The notes beneath the pieces were generated by a model. The model was not told the DNA's origin. It made no database searches and was given only the letters and a program-made list of their open reading frames with translations. A stretch of 51,595 bases of DNA, taken from a bacterium (lineage in GTDB: Bacteria; Patescibacteriota; Minisyncoccia; Moranbacterales; UBA2206). A program made the position numbers and the translations under genes. This document shows, one piece after another, positions 8,947-17,423 of the stretch; the first letter of the stretch is position 1; every line of letters begins with the position of its first letter. The stretch is taken from contig JAYSLY010000046.1 in the NCBI GenBank assembly GCA_043725085.1, positions 1 through 51,595 on the forward strand, read 5' to 3'.

Positions 8947-10254
8947 CTAGGGGATATTATGCGCTGTCTTGTACACCCGCCATTCATGATCAGACCAGTT
9001 TTTGGGTTTTTTGGTGAGCAGGCCTGAAGTTTCTCCCGGATGAGGGAATTTGGAAGGGGATTCGTAGCTACTCTTGAAGACATCTTCTCGAACCAAATTA
9101 TTATCTTTGTCGAAGACTTGTTGCGTGAAGGTGGTTTTCATCGAACCGTCAGGATTTTTTTCCAAAATAGTTGGTCCGATTACGTTTGTTTTTCGACCAT
9201 CGGAGGTGCCATAAAATTGGAAAGTCAACACCGTCCCTTCGATTTTTGTTTGGATGAGGATGTAGCCCGGAGTATTGTTGATGAAGCGTAAATCAGGTCT
9301 GGGAATATAGACGGTAGAATCCATGCCTTGCGGGTTATAGTAGCCAACCGGATAAGCATGATTTCTTCTGGCCGTGATTTCCAGGCCGGAATAAATTGCG
9401 GCGCGAAAAGCCGTCGTGGAAACTTGGCAAATTCCTCCACCAAATTCCGGTTCGGTTTTGTCTTGTTTGATTACCAGTTCCGGTAAATAGCCATGTTCGC
9501 CATCAACTTCACCCAGGACTTTCACGAAAGAAAATTCTTCATGAGGTTTGATGAGAATGCCATTGAAACGTTCAGTGGCGACGTTGATGTTGAAAATTCG
9601 GTTTTTGGGTGAGCCGCGAAAATTGGAATGACCTTCGCCGATCAGCGTATCAATTCCCATATTATCGACAGATTCAGTTGTAGTGGTGGGATCAATTTCG
9701 CTGTACGGCAGGTCTATTTTTGCGCCAGTGTTTCTGTTTTCCAGAGCGGTCGTTATTTGCTCCAGACTTTTCGTTTCATCAAGTTTTAAGCCTTTCTCGC
9801 TTAAAGAAAAAAGTGACACCTTCCCATCGACAACTTTAAACCTGGAATCGGACGGATCGCTATTCACTGTCCCGGCTAGGCTTGCGATAGATTTTTTCAC
9901 CAAGTCTGTGTCCAGTGTCACAAAAATTTTTTTCTTAAATTTATCTTCCCCACGGTAACTGAAAGATAATTTGCAAAGAGAAGATTTTTTGTAGGCGCAA
10001 AAATTGCCATTTTCAATCTCTGATTTATATTCACTGGCATAACTAAGCAAAGGTTCTTCTTTGAGCCAATTGGTAACTTCTGAAGCGGGAATTGTTGTTT
10101 TTTGGTCTTTTACTCCCAGTGTCAAATCAGTGCCTAGACTGGTGTTTAATTCTTGCGGAGTAAAAAAACCCAAATCAACCATTTCCGCGGAGCAGTTTGG
10201 CGAGAGAAAAAATAAGGAAAATAAAAAAACAGCAAAATATTTAGTAGCCTTCAT
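8947..10254 (-). CDS. VanW family protein with peptidoglycan-binding region
   Basis: VanW motifs FSF, GGGICQVSTT, RRNH, GMDSTV, DLRFINNT. Signal peptide from ATG 10254; ORF-track start is 10353. Confidence 0.88.
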   Translation of the reverse strand: MKATKYFAVFLFSLFFLSPNCSAEMVDLGFFTPQELNTSLGTDLTLGVKDQKTTIPASEVTNWLKEEPLLSYASEYKSEIENGNFCAYKKSSLCKLSFSYRGEDKFKKKIFVTLDTDLVKKSIASLAGTVNSDPSDSRFKVVDGKVSLFSLSEKGLKLDETKSLEQITTALENRNTGAKIDLPYSEIDPTTTTESVDNMGIDTLIGEGHSNFRGSPKNRIFNINVATERFNGILIKPHEEFSFVKVLGEVDGEHGYLPELVIKQDKTEPEFGGGICQVSTTAFRAAIYSGLEITARRNHAYPVGYYNPQGMDSTVYIPRPDLRFINNTPGYILIQTKIEGTVLTFQFYGTSDGRKTNVIGPTILEKNPDGSMKTTFTQQVFDKDNNLVREDVFKSSYESPSKFPHPGETSGLLTKKPKNWSDHEWRVYKTAHNIP

Positions 10255-10316
10255 ATTATTTAGAATACAGGAAATATGCGCCAAAATCAAGGTTGAAACA
10301 AAGGCGCTTGAAAACA

Positions 10317-10342
10317 AAAACCCCGCAAAAAAAGCGAGGTTA
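10317..10342 (-). terminator. Intrinsic terminator after Hsp20
   Basis: Minus strand AACCTCGC-loop-GCGGGGTT followed by a T run. Confidence 0.6.
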
Positions 10343-10366
10343 AAAAGACGCAAATACTCTGAGTGA

Positions 10367-10915
10367 CTAGAATCCTCGGACTTGAATTTTTTTTGATTTA
10401 TTGCTTTCCGCTTTTGGCATTCGAACGGTCAAAATTCCGTTTTTCATTGAAGCTTCAATCTTGTCAGCCATAACATCAATTGGCAGAATTACCGAGCGAG
10501 AAAAAGAGCCCCAGTAGCATTCTTGATAGTAGTAGTTCTCTTCCATTACCTGCTCGTCATTCTTTCTTTCTCCGCGAATCGTGAGCATGTCATTGTTGAT
10601 GCTGACATCGAGATCTTCCGGTTTAACCCCGGCGATAGTGGATTTTATAACAATATCTGTGTCAGTTTGGTAGACATCAATCGTGAGTTGACCCTCGTTA
10701 TTTTCCAACTCAGCCGCCTGACTTTCTTCTTGGACTTCTCGAGAGAAGTGTTGAGGAGTTGAGCGAGCCGAGATCTCTCTTTCCAGCTCTATTTCGCCAT
10801 CTTCGTCATATCTGCCAATGCTTGGCGAGATCGAGCGGTCAGAGATGTAGGTATCTTCTTCGATTGTTCTTGCGCCAGTCAGTCTTTCCAGGAAGGACTT
10901 TTTTACTTTGGTCAT
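10367..10915 (-). CDS. Hsp20/alpha-crystallin small heat shock protein
   Basis: IDVYQT, GVKPEDLDV, LTIRGER, GSFSRSVILP, A.MKNGILTV.MPK. Confidence 0.95.
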   Translation of the reverse strand: MTKVKKSFLERLTGARTIEEDTYISDRSISPSIGRYDEDGEIELEREISARSTPQHFSREVQEESQAAELENNEGQLTIDVYQTDTDIVIKSTIAGVKPEDLDVSINNDMLTIRGERKNDEQVMEENYYYQECYWGSFSRSVILPIDVMADKIEASMKNGILTVRMPKAESNKSKKIQVRGF

Positions 10916-11008
10916 AGATTTGGGAAAATTATTTATTTATTCTTTAACTAAATTATAGCGGACTGTCAGTATTTGGCAAGTTGGTTTTTTCTTGGCCATT
11001 TTTTGCTG

Positions 11009-11449
11009 CTAATAGCGTAGAATTAGAAAATTATACAAAAAGTGCAAAAGGATATTTATGCCAACAATCAGGACGCTTAGTGAGATTGGCTTTTGATTTT
11101 TCTTCCAAAAAAATAGTCCCAGGAGCGTTGCTGTGAAAAGGTGAACCAGAAAAATTCCGATAATCGGCAACATGATGTTTTCTCCATGAGATAGCCGTTT
11201 TGTGATTGCATCGACAAGTGCAAAGCCAAGACCAATGAAAAAAGCGCCGGAAAGAATTTTTTCCTTTGCTTCGAGCTTAAGGTAGTGATTATAAATAAAG
11301 ACATATTTGATTATTTCCTCTACGCTGGCGGTGAAAAGCAAAAATAGCAATGAAGTTTCCGATACTGCCAAGCCAAAAATTGGCGGACTTAATTCTAAAA
11401 CTAAAGCGCCAAGCGCGGCAATGATTCCTTCAAAGAATGATAATAACAT
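11009..11449 (-). CDS. PrsW-family-like intramembrane glutamic protease (short)
   Basis: EEIIK, GLGFALVD, HLFT and LHFLYN motifs in a polytopic membrane protein. Confidence 0.7.
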   Translation of the reverse strand: MLLSFFEGIIAALGALVLELSPPIFGLAVSETSLLFLLFTASVEEIIKYVFIYNHYLKLEAKEKILSGAFFIGLGFALVDAITKRLSHGENIMLPIIGIFLVHLFTATLLGLFFWKKNQKPISLSVLIVGINILLHFLYNFLILRY

Positions 11450-11460
11450 CGGGGGTGGTT

Positions 11461-12585
11461 TTATAATTTAAGACTCGCACTTGTTTCCAAATTTTCCCAA
11501 CTTTTTTCCGGTATTTTTTTATTTTTCAAATTCTTCCATTGGTAACATCCCGCCATCGCAATCATTGCGGCGTTGTCCATGCTGTAGGCCAATTCAGGCA
11601 CAAGACAGGTTGTATTTTTCAAATTTTCCTTAACATCCGAGTTTAATTTTTCTCGCAGATGTTTATTGGCGCTGACTCCGCCAGCCAGGAGGATTGTTTT
11701 GGGCGCATATTTTTTGGCTGCGCGGATTGTTTTGGCGATGAGCACGTCAGTCACAGCGGCTTGAAATTCGTGACACATTTCCGCCGCGTAATCTTCATTT
11801 TTCAGATTTTCCGGATTTTTTTTCACTGCATAGAGCACGGCAGTTTTGATTCCGGAAAAAGAAAAATTAAAATTGGCGGATTTCAACATTGGACGGGGGA
11901 GTGTGATTTGGAATTTTTTCTCTCCGGTGTAGCCATCGGCCAATTTTGCCACGGCCGGACCGCCGGGATAACCAAGGTTCAAAATACGCGCCACTTTGTC
12001 AAAAGCTTCGCCAACTGCATCGTCCACAGTCTCGCCAATAATTTCATAGCTCAAATGTTTTTTCATTAAAATCAGTTGCGTGTGACCACCAGAAACAACG
12101 AGCGCTAAAATTGGAAATTTTATTTTTTCTTGTTTTTCTTCTTTTGTTTCTTGCCTGCCTGCCGGAGCCTCAGCGCAGGCAGGTTTCTTGTTTCTTGTTT
12201 CTTGTTCCCCGTTTATAAAATTAGCGTATATATGCCCTTCGATGTGATGCACGCCAATGAGTGGTACGTGCCAGAGATAGGACAAAGCTTTGGCCGTGGT
12301 TGTTCCAACGAGCAGTGCCGGAATGAGACCCGGGCCATTAGTGACCGCAATCAAATCGATTTTGGAGGGCTTCTTTTTGGCTTTCTCCAGAGCTTCACTT
12401 ATGACTGGCAAAATATTTTTCAAATGTTCTCGGGCAGCTAAATTCGGCACAACTCCACCCCACTGAGCATGGAGGGCAACTTGAGAGGAGATGATATTGG
12501 AAAGCACGCTAATGCGCTCATTTTTCACCTCCAAAATGGAAGCGGCGGTTTCATCACAGGATGTTTCAAGACCCAGAATAATCAT
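11461..12585 (-). CDS. tsaD: tRNA N6-threonylcarbamoyltransferase TsaD with an in-frame repeat insertion
   Basis: LGLETSCDET, GGVVPNLAAREH, HHIEGH, VSGGHT, DDAVGEAFDK, DNAAMIA. Confidence 0.97.
   Translation of the reverse strand: MIILGLETSCDETAASILEVKNERISVLSNIISSQVALHAQWGGVVPNLAAREHLKNILPVISEALEKAKKKPSKIDLIAVTNGPGLIPALLVGTTTAKALSYLWHVPLIGVHHIEGHIYANFINGEQETRNKKPACAEAPAGRQETKEEKQEKIKFPILALVVSGGHTQLILMKKHLSYEIIGETVDDAVGEAFDKVARILNLGYPGGPAVAKLADGYTGEKKFQITLPRPMLKSANFNFSFSGIKTAVLYAVKKNPENLKNEDYAAEMCHEFQAAVTDVLIAKTIRAAKKYAPKTILLAGGVSANKHLREKLNSDVKENLKNTTCLVPELAYSMDNAAMIAMAGCYQWKNLKNKKIPEKSWENLETSASLKL
12147..12204 (-). repeat. (CAAGAAA)4 array interrupted by a 30-bp CCTGCCTGC...GCAGGCAGG palindrome inside tsaD
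   Basis: Palindrome arms 12154-12162 and 12175-12183; heptamer units on both sides. Confidence 0.9.
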
Positions 12586-12756
12586 AATATTTTTTAACCT
12601 TTAACTCTTTAATCTTAGTGGAAATAAGGGATAATTGCAATTTTTTGTTGACTTTTTTGGCAAAATAGGGTAAAGTGTAAAGTTAATTAGTTCATTGTCA
12701 AATTGAGCGAGTCAATAAAAGTGGCTCAAAACAATATCAAAAAAAGGAAAATTATC

Positions 12757-13632
12757 ATGAAAAAGTTAGCGGGCTTTTTGGCTATCGTTGTGGTGTTTAC
12801 TTTAAGCGTAGCGCCTATTTTTTCTGCTGAAAATTTTGATCCGCATATGAGGATTGCCAGTGAATGGCGTAAAAGCATTATCAAAGCGCCAGAGACAAAA
12901 AGTCAAGAGGCGGCTAGAATTGTTGACCACATGGAAAGGAGTCTAGTCAACGGAATGCCAAGAGTTGATTCCGTTGAAGCACTTGAAAATAAGAAGCAGG
13001 CGGGCTGGATCCTTCTTGTGCCTGTTCTCAAGGGCGAACGCGGGCTTTGCGAGATTTGGAAAAATTTTTCCTTTTTCTCCCCGGCCCAATTTGTGCCTTC
13101 CGTTGGGGCGATTATTATCGATGGTGACGCCAAATATAGCGGAGCGGGAAAGGCGATTGCTCTTGCGCGAGAATATTATCGCGCTTTCTATCATTCCAAT
13201 AACTTCAGTTACGAAGAAGATTATTGGTTGATTGAAAAGGACGCACAACATTTCCAACGCAAATTCCTCTCTTTTTTGGGAGGAAAAAAATACGATAAAC
13301 TTATCTTTGAGGAGGCGCGGAGGATTGCTAGAGAAATAGGTAAAAAGAAAAATACAGTAGTTGGCTATTTCTTGCCCGGGCCTACCGATTATGATAAGCG
13401 GCAGGACAAAATTTTTGGAAAGCCGGTCTCAAAGGCGGAGGAGGATTTTTTGCAGTGGGTTCTCTGGGTAAATGCCGTTTTTGTTTTTATTGAAAACGAT
13501 TCTCCGGGAAATGATGTTGCCGAGCAAGAAGCGGAATTTCTCGCAAGCCTCAATTTCTATAGGGATAGGGCGGTACCGGATTCGGTATTGTCAGCAAATT
13601 ACGGCGAGTATTATTATTTATTCAAAAAATAA
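12757..13632 (+). CDS. Secreted hypothetical protein, possibly a degenerate zincin
   Basis: Signal peptide MKKLAGFLAIVVVF from ATG 12757; upstream TTGACT-17-TAAAGT promoter; LAREYYRA resembles HExxH. Confidence 0.7.
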   Translation: MKKLAGFLAIVVVFTLSVAPIFSAENFDPHMRIASEWRKSIIKAPETKSQEAARIVDHMERSLVNGMPRVDSVEALENKKQAGWILLVPVLKGERGLCEIWKNFSFFSPAQFVPSVGAIIIDGDAKYSGAGKAIALAREYYRAFYHSNNFSYEEDYWLIEKDAQHFQRKFLSFLGGKKYDKLIFEEARRIAREIGKKKNTVVGYFLPGPTDYDKRQDKIFGKPVSKAEEDFLQWVLWVNAVFVFIENDSPGNDVAEQEAEFLASLNFYRDRAVPDSVLSANYGEYYYLFKK

Positions 13633-13652
13633 GCTACTCGTTGGTTGTTTCC

Positions 13653-13701
13653 AAGCGCTCCGGATCGGCTATGAATCTTCATAGTTGATCCGGGGCGTTT
13701 T
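13653..13701 (+). terminator. Long-stem intrinsic terminator
   Basis: CGCTCCGGATCGGCTATGAA-tc-TTCATAGTTGATCCGGGGCG followed by a T run. Confidence 0.75.
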
Positions 13702-13822
13702 ATTATTTTGGGTACTTTCTTGTATTGGAGTAGACTTGCACTGGATTTATTTTTAAAGCTGTGTTATTATCTTTTTTAGGTAAATAAGTTAGAAAAAAGC
13801 AGTTTTGCTTTGTTTTGTTTTT

Positions 13823-13894
13823 GGCCTCATCGTCTATCGGTTAGGACATCAGGTTTTCATCCTGAAAAGAGGGGTCCGACTCCCCTTGAGGCTA
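13823..13894 (+). tRNA. tRNA-Glu(TTC)
   Basis: GGCCTCA...TGAGGCT-A; anticodon arm TCAGG TT TTC AT CCTGA; T-loop variant TCCGACT. Confidence 0.9.
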
Positions 13895-13897
13895 CGT

Positions 13898-14506
13898 ATG
13901 GAACAACTTGGTCAAAATATATTTCAGTTTTTGCATCACTATGGCTATTGGGTGATGTTGCCGCTGATGATTGTTGAAGGTCCAATTGTCACAGTATTTG
14001 CCGCTATGATGGCGAGCCTTGGCGCTTTTAATGTGTACATGGTTTTATTCTTTTCGGTTTTGGGCGATCTCATCGGAGATGTTCTTCTATATTCTCTTGG
14101 TTATCATTTTGGCATGGGATTTGTTAGGCGCGTCGGGAAATATGCAGGCATTACGGAAAAACTAGTTTTGCAGATGGGGGAATATTTCAAAAAGCATGGC
14201 GGAAAAACAATTTTTGCCGTCAAATCGACTACCGGGCTTTGCTGGGCCACTTTCACGGCCGCGGGAATTGTCAAAATGGATTTCAAAAAATTTGTGAAGA
14301 ATTCTTTCTATGGCGGAGTTGTCTGGAGTGGATTTTTGGTGGCGATGGGCTATTTCTATGGCTATCTTTGGCGTGAAATCAAGCAATATATCCAGTGGGT
14401 GGGTTGGATAATTTTTGTTGTTGTGGCAATCTCGATTTTCATAATTATGCTCTACAAAAATCGACAGGCGAAGAAGATTTTTTTGGAACGTGATGATAAA
14501 AAATAA
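13898..14506 (+). CDS. DedA/VTT family membrane protein
   Basis: YGY..M..MIVEGP, GDLIGD.LLY.LG and AGIVKM motifs. The ORF-track extension to 13805 overlaps tRNA-Glu. Confidence 0.9.
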   Translation: MEQLGQNIFQFLHHYGYWVMLPLMIVEGPIVTVFAAMMASLGAFNVYMVLFFSVLGDLIGDVLLYSLGYHFGMGFVRRVGKYAGITEKLVLQMGEYFKKHGGKTIFAVKSTTGLCWATFTAAGIVKMDFKKFVKNSFYGGVVWSGFLVAMGYFYGYLWREIKQYIQWVGWIIFVVVAISIFIIMLYKNRQAKKIFLERDDKK

Positions 14507-14670
14507 GATTTTTTCAGGGCAATCTTTGCGGGATTGTTTGCGGGCAATGTTGTCATGATTTGCGCGCAAGTTCTGCTAAATTAAAACTTTAGCCTGACAC
14601 TTTCTCTGGAAACGTCAGGTCGTTTTTATCTCCATTGGCTAAATCGGAGAAAAGTAGTAAGATATAGAGC

Positions 14671-15492
14671 ATGGGAAATTTGACCAAAGAAAAAGAAAAA
14701 TCAGCAATTTTCGGCGACCCGAAATCACTCTATCGTGACGAGCTTGCACACATCGACAAGCCTTTTTATTTCCCCGGCGAAAACGGGCGCGCAGTTCTGC
14801 TTGTTCATGGGTGGACAACAACACCCTATGAGTTGCGGCGTTTGGGAAAATATTTGCATCAAAAAGGCTACACCGTTTCGGCGCCACTGCTCACGGGCCA
14901 TGGGACAGTGCCAACGGATCTGGAAAATGTTTCATGGGAGATATGGAAGAAAGATGTCGAAAAAGCCTATTTTGATCTTCGAGAAAAACACAAAAAAATC
15001 TATGTCATTGGAACATCATTAGGTGCGAGTCTCGCTTCGATTTTAGCAGGGAGTAATTCGGAAATTTCTGGTCTTGTGCTTATGGCCATGCCATATAGAT
15101 TGCGGATGGAAAAAACGATGCATATCTTTGCCAGACTCATTTTGCCGTTTAAAAAATATTATAAAAAATATTATCCGCCGTCCTTTGGTTCATCGGCTAT
15201 GGTGACCAGACGAATTTCATATCAAACCTATCCGATCAAAAGCGTTTTGGAAATTTTGAAACTAGCGAGGTTTTCCAGGCGAGTGATTGCGAAAGTAACT
15301 CAACCATGTTTTGTGCTGCAATCACGTGCGGATCATATTGTGGCCAAAAAAAGTTTGGAGAAAATTTTTGCCAAAATTAGCTCGAAAATAAAAAAGAAAA
15401 AATATCTTGAGAACGCCTATCATACTTTCATCTCCGACATTGAAAACGAACATATCTTTGAGGATATTCTTGGGTTTTTAGACGCGAATTAA
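14671..15492 (+). CDS. Alpha/beta hydrolase (carboxylesterase / monoacylglycerol-lipase-like)
   Basis: LLVHGW oxyanion motif, GHG, nucleophile GTSLG, catalytic D (ADHIV) and H (AYH). Confidence 0.9.
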   Translation: MGNLTKEKEKSAIFGDPKSLYRDELAHIDKPFYFPGENGRAVLLVHGWTTTPYELRRLGKYLHQKGYTVSAPLLTGHGTVPTDLENVSWEIWKKDVEKAYFDLREKHKKIYVIGTSLGASLASILAGSNSEISGLVLMAMPYRLRMEKTMHIFARLILPFKKYYKKYYPPSFGSSAMVTRRISYQTYPIKSVLEILKLARFSRRVIAKVTQPCFVLQSRADHIVAKKSLEKIFAKISSKIKKKKYLENAYHTFISDIENEHIFEDILGFLDAN

Positions 15493-15516
15493 TAACCGAT
15501 TTGAATCGGCCATAGT

Positions 15517-16674
15517 ATGAATATAGCCATCTTTACCAACAACTATCTGCCCAATCCCTATGGTGTGACGGTATCGGTGGAAACTTTCCGGGAAGAGTTG
15601 GAAAAACGCGGTCACACCGTCTATATTTTCGCGCCCAAATGGAAGGATTATGTCGACACCAATTCGCGGGTTTTTCGTTATCCTTCACTTGATATCGAAT
15701 TCAAATTTCGCTTTCCCTTGCCGATCCCATATTCATGGCGGATGCGCAAAGTTTTGAAAAAGCTCGAAATAGACATCATCCATGCTCAGCACCCCAACCT
15801 TTTAGGCGCGGCGGGTCGGCGCTGGGCGAAGAAGAAAAAAGTTCCGCTCGTGTTTACTTGGCACACGCTTTATGACCACTACACAAATTTTGTACCCATA
15901 ATTTCCAAAAAATGGGCAGCAGATTATATTATCAAAAAAGCGACTAAGTTTGCCAATAGCGCCGATGCAATCATCGCTCCAACCGCTTCAATCATGCCGA
16001 TTCTGCGAAAATGGGGAGTAAAAAAAGAAATCATCCCAATTGCCACCGGCATTAAAGCGGAGAAATTTGAAGGCGCCAATCGGAAAGGGACGAGAGAAAA
16101 ATTAGCAATAGCTTTTGACGAAATTGTGCTTTTTCTGATTTCACGCCTAACAGAGGAAAAAAATATTGAATTTGTTTTTCGCTCACTTAAAAATATTTTG
16201 CGAGACAATCGAAAAGTTAAATTTTTAGTGACAGGCGAGGGCTATCTTTTGCCAAAACTAAAAGAATATTGTGAAAAAGAAAAAATTTCCGACTCAGTGA
16301 TTTTCACCGGTTTCATTTTGTCGGAAGAAATTAAAAACTATTTTGCCGCCGCGGATATTTTTGTCCACGGATCAAAATCCGAAACCCAAGGGATTATTCC
16401 CTTGGAAGCGATGTATATGGGGTTGCCGGTTGTGGCGGTTGATTCTACGGGAATCAGCAGTCTGATGCTGAGCAAGGCTAATGGATTTTTGGTGGGGGAG
16501 AATGAAAAAGAATTTTCGGATGCGGTTTTGAAATTGATTAGCGAACCTGAATTACGAAAGCGTTTTAGCAAAGCGTCTGAGAAAATTGCCAGGGAGAATT
16601 TTACCAGTGAAGTTTGCACAAATAAATTGTTGAAGGTTTATGAAAGATGCTTGAACCATAATTCGTCTGATTAA
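15517..16674 (+). CDS. GT4 glycosyltransferase, diacylglycerol glucosyltransferase-like
   Basis: IAIFTNNYLP..GV..SV, TWHTLYDHY, RL..EKN, SETQG...LEAM..GLPVV. Confidence 0.88.
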   Translation: MNIAIFTNNYLPNPYGVTVSVETFREELEKRGHTVYIFAPKWKDYVDTNSRVFRYPSLDIEFKFRFPLPIPYSWRMRKVLKKLEIDIIHAQHPNLLGAAGRRWAKKKKVPLVFTWHTLYDHYTNFVPIISKKWAADYIIKKATKFANSADAIIAPTASIMPILRKWGVKKEIIPIATGIKAEKFEGANRKGTREKLAIAFDEIVLFLISRLTEEKNIEFVFRSLKNILRDNRKVKFLVTGEGYLLPKLKEYCEKEKISDSVIFTGFILSEEIKNYFAAADIFVHGSKSETQGIIPLEAMYMGLPVVAVDSTGISSLMLSKANGFLVGENEKEFSDAVLKLISEPELRKRFSKASEKIARENFTSEVCTNKLLKVYERCLNHNSSD

Positions 16675-16807
16675 ATGATTGGCTTGGCTTTTGGAATGGG
16701 CAATTGAAAAATCCTCCTCTTCATTAGGGAGAGTCTTGAAAGACGGAGATTTAGCGGATGTGGATATGAATATTGGTGTGGTAAGGATTTTTAAATAAGC
16801 ATACGCT

Positions 16808-17410
16808 ATGTCCAGATTAACCGCAAAATTTTTTCAGCGAAAGACTGAATTAGTCGCCAAAGAATTGCTTGGCAAAGTGTTGGTTCGCAAAATCGGCCAT
16901 AAAAAACTTTCGGGAATTATTGTCGAAACCGAAGCCTATGTCGGTCCGCATGATGCGGCCTCCCACGCTTTTAAGGGAAAAACCAACCGTAATCAAGTCA
17001 TGTTTTTTGAAGGCGGGTTTTGGTATGTCTATATGATCTATGGAGTTTATTTCAACCTTAATATTGTGACCGAAGCTAAAGAATATCCAGCCGCCATTCT
17101 TATTCGAGCCCTGGAGCCATTGGAAGGAGTTGAAGAAATGAAGAAGAATCGCCGAGTCGACAAACTCACTGCTCTTGCCAGTGGCCCGGGAAAACTGTGC
17201 CAAGCACTTAGGATTGATAAAACTCTGAATTGTTCGTCTGCAACTAATTTCGGCGCGAAATTATTTATTGAAGACCGAGGGATAAAAATACCGCCAAGAA
17301 AAATCGTCAAAGCCAAAAGAATCGGCGTTGATTATGCGAAGGAGTGGAAAGATAAACTGCTTAGATATTACGTGAAAGATAATCTATTTGTTTCGCGGGT
17401 GGCTAAGTAA
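16808..17410 (+). CDS. mpg: DNA-3-methyladenine glycosylase (MPG/AAG family)
   Basis: IVETEAY, D.ASH, YVYMIYG, LIRALEP, SGPGKL, RIGV. Confidence 0.95.
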   Translation: MSRLTAKFFQRKTELVAKELLGKVLVRKIGHKKLSGIIVETEAYVGPHDAASHAFKGKTNRNQVMFFEGGFWYVYMIYGVYFNLNIVTEAKEYPAAILIRALEPLEGVEEMKKNRRVDKLTALASGPGKLCQALRIDKTLNCSSATNFGAKLFIEDRGIKIPPRKIVKAKRIGVDYAKEWKDKLLRYYVKDNLFVSRVAK

Positions 17411-17423
17411 TAAAGCTGGAAAA

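Noticed and set aside
8947-10254. VanW as evidence of vancomycin resistance
   Set aside because: No vanA/B/H/X/R/S genes nearby; VanW-domain proteins are widespread cell-wall proteins.
13805-13897. ORF-track N-terminal extension of dedA
   Set aside because: It is a translation of tRNA-Glu; ATG 13898 matches the N-terminus of the paralog.
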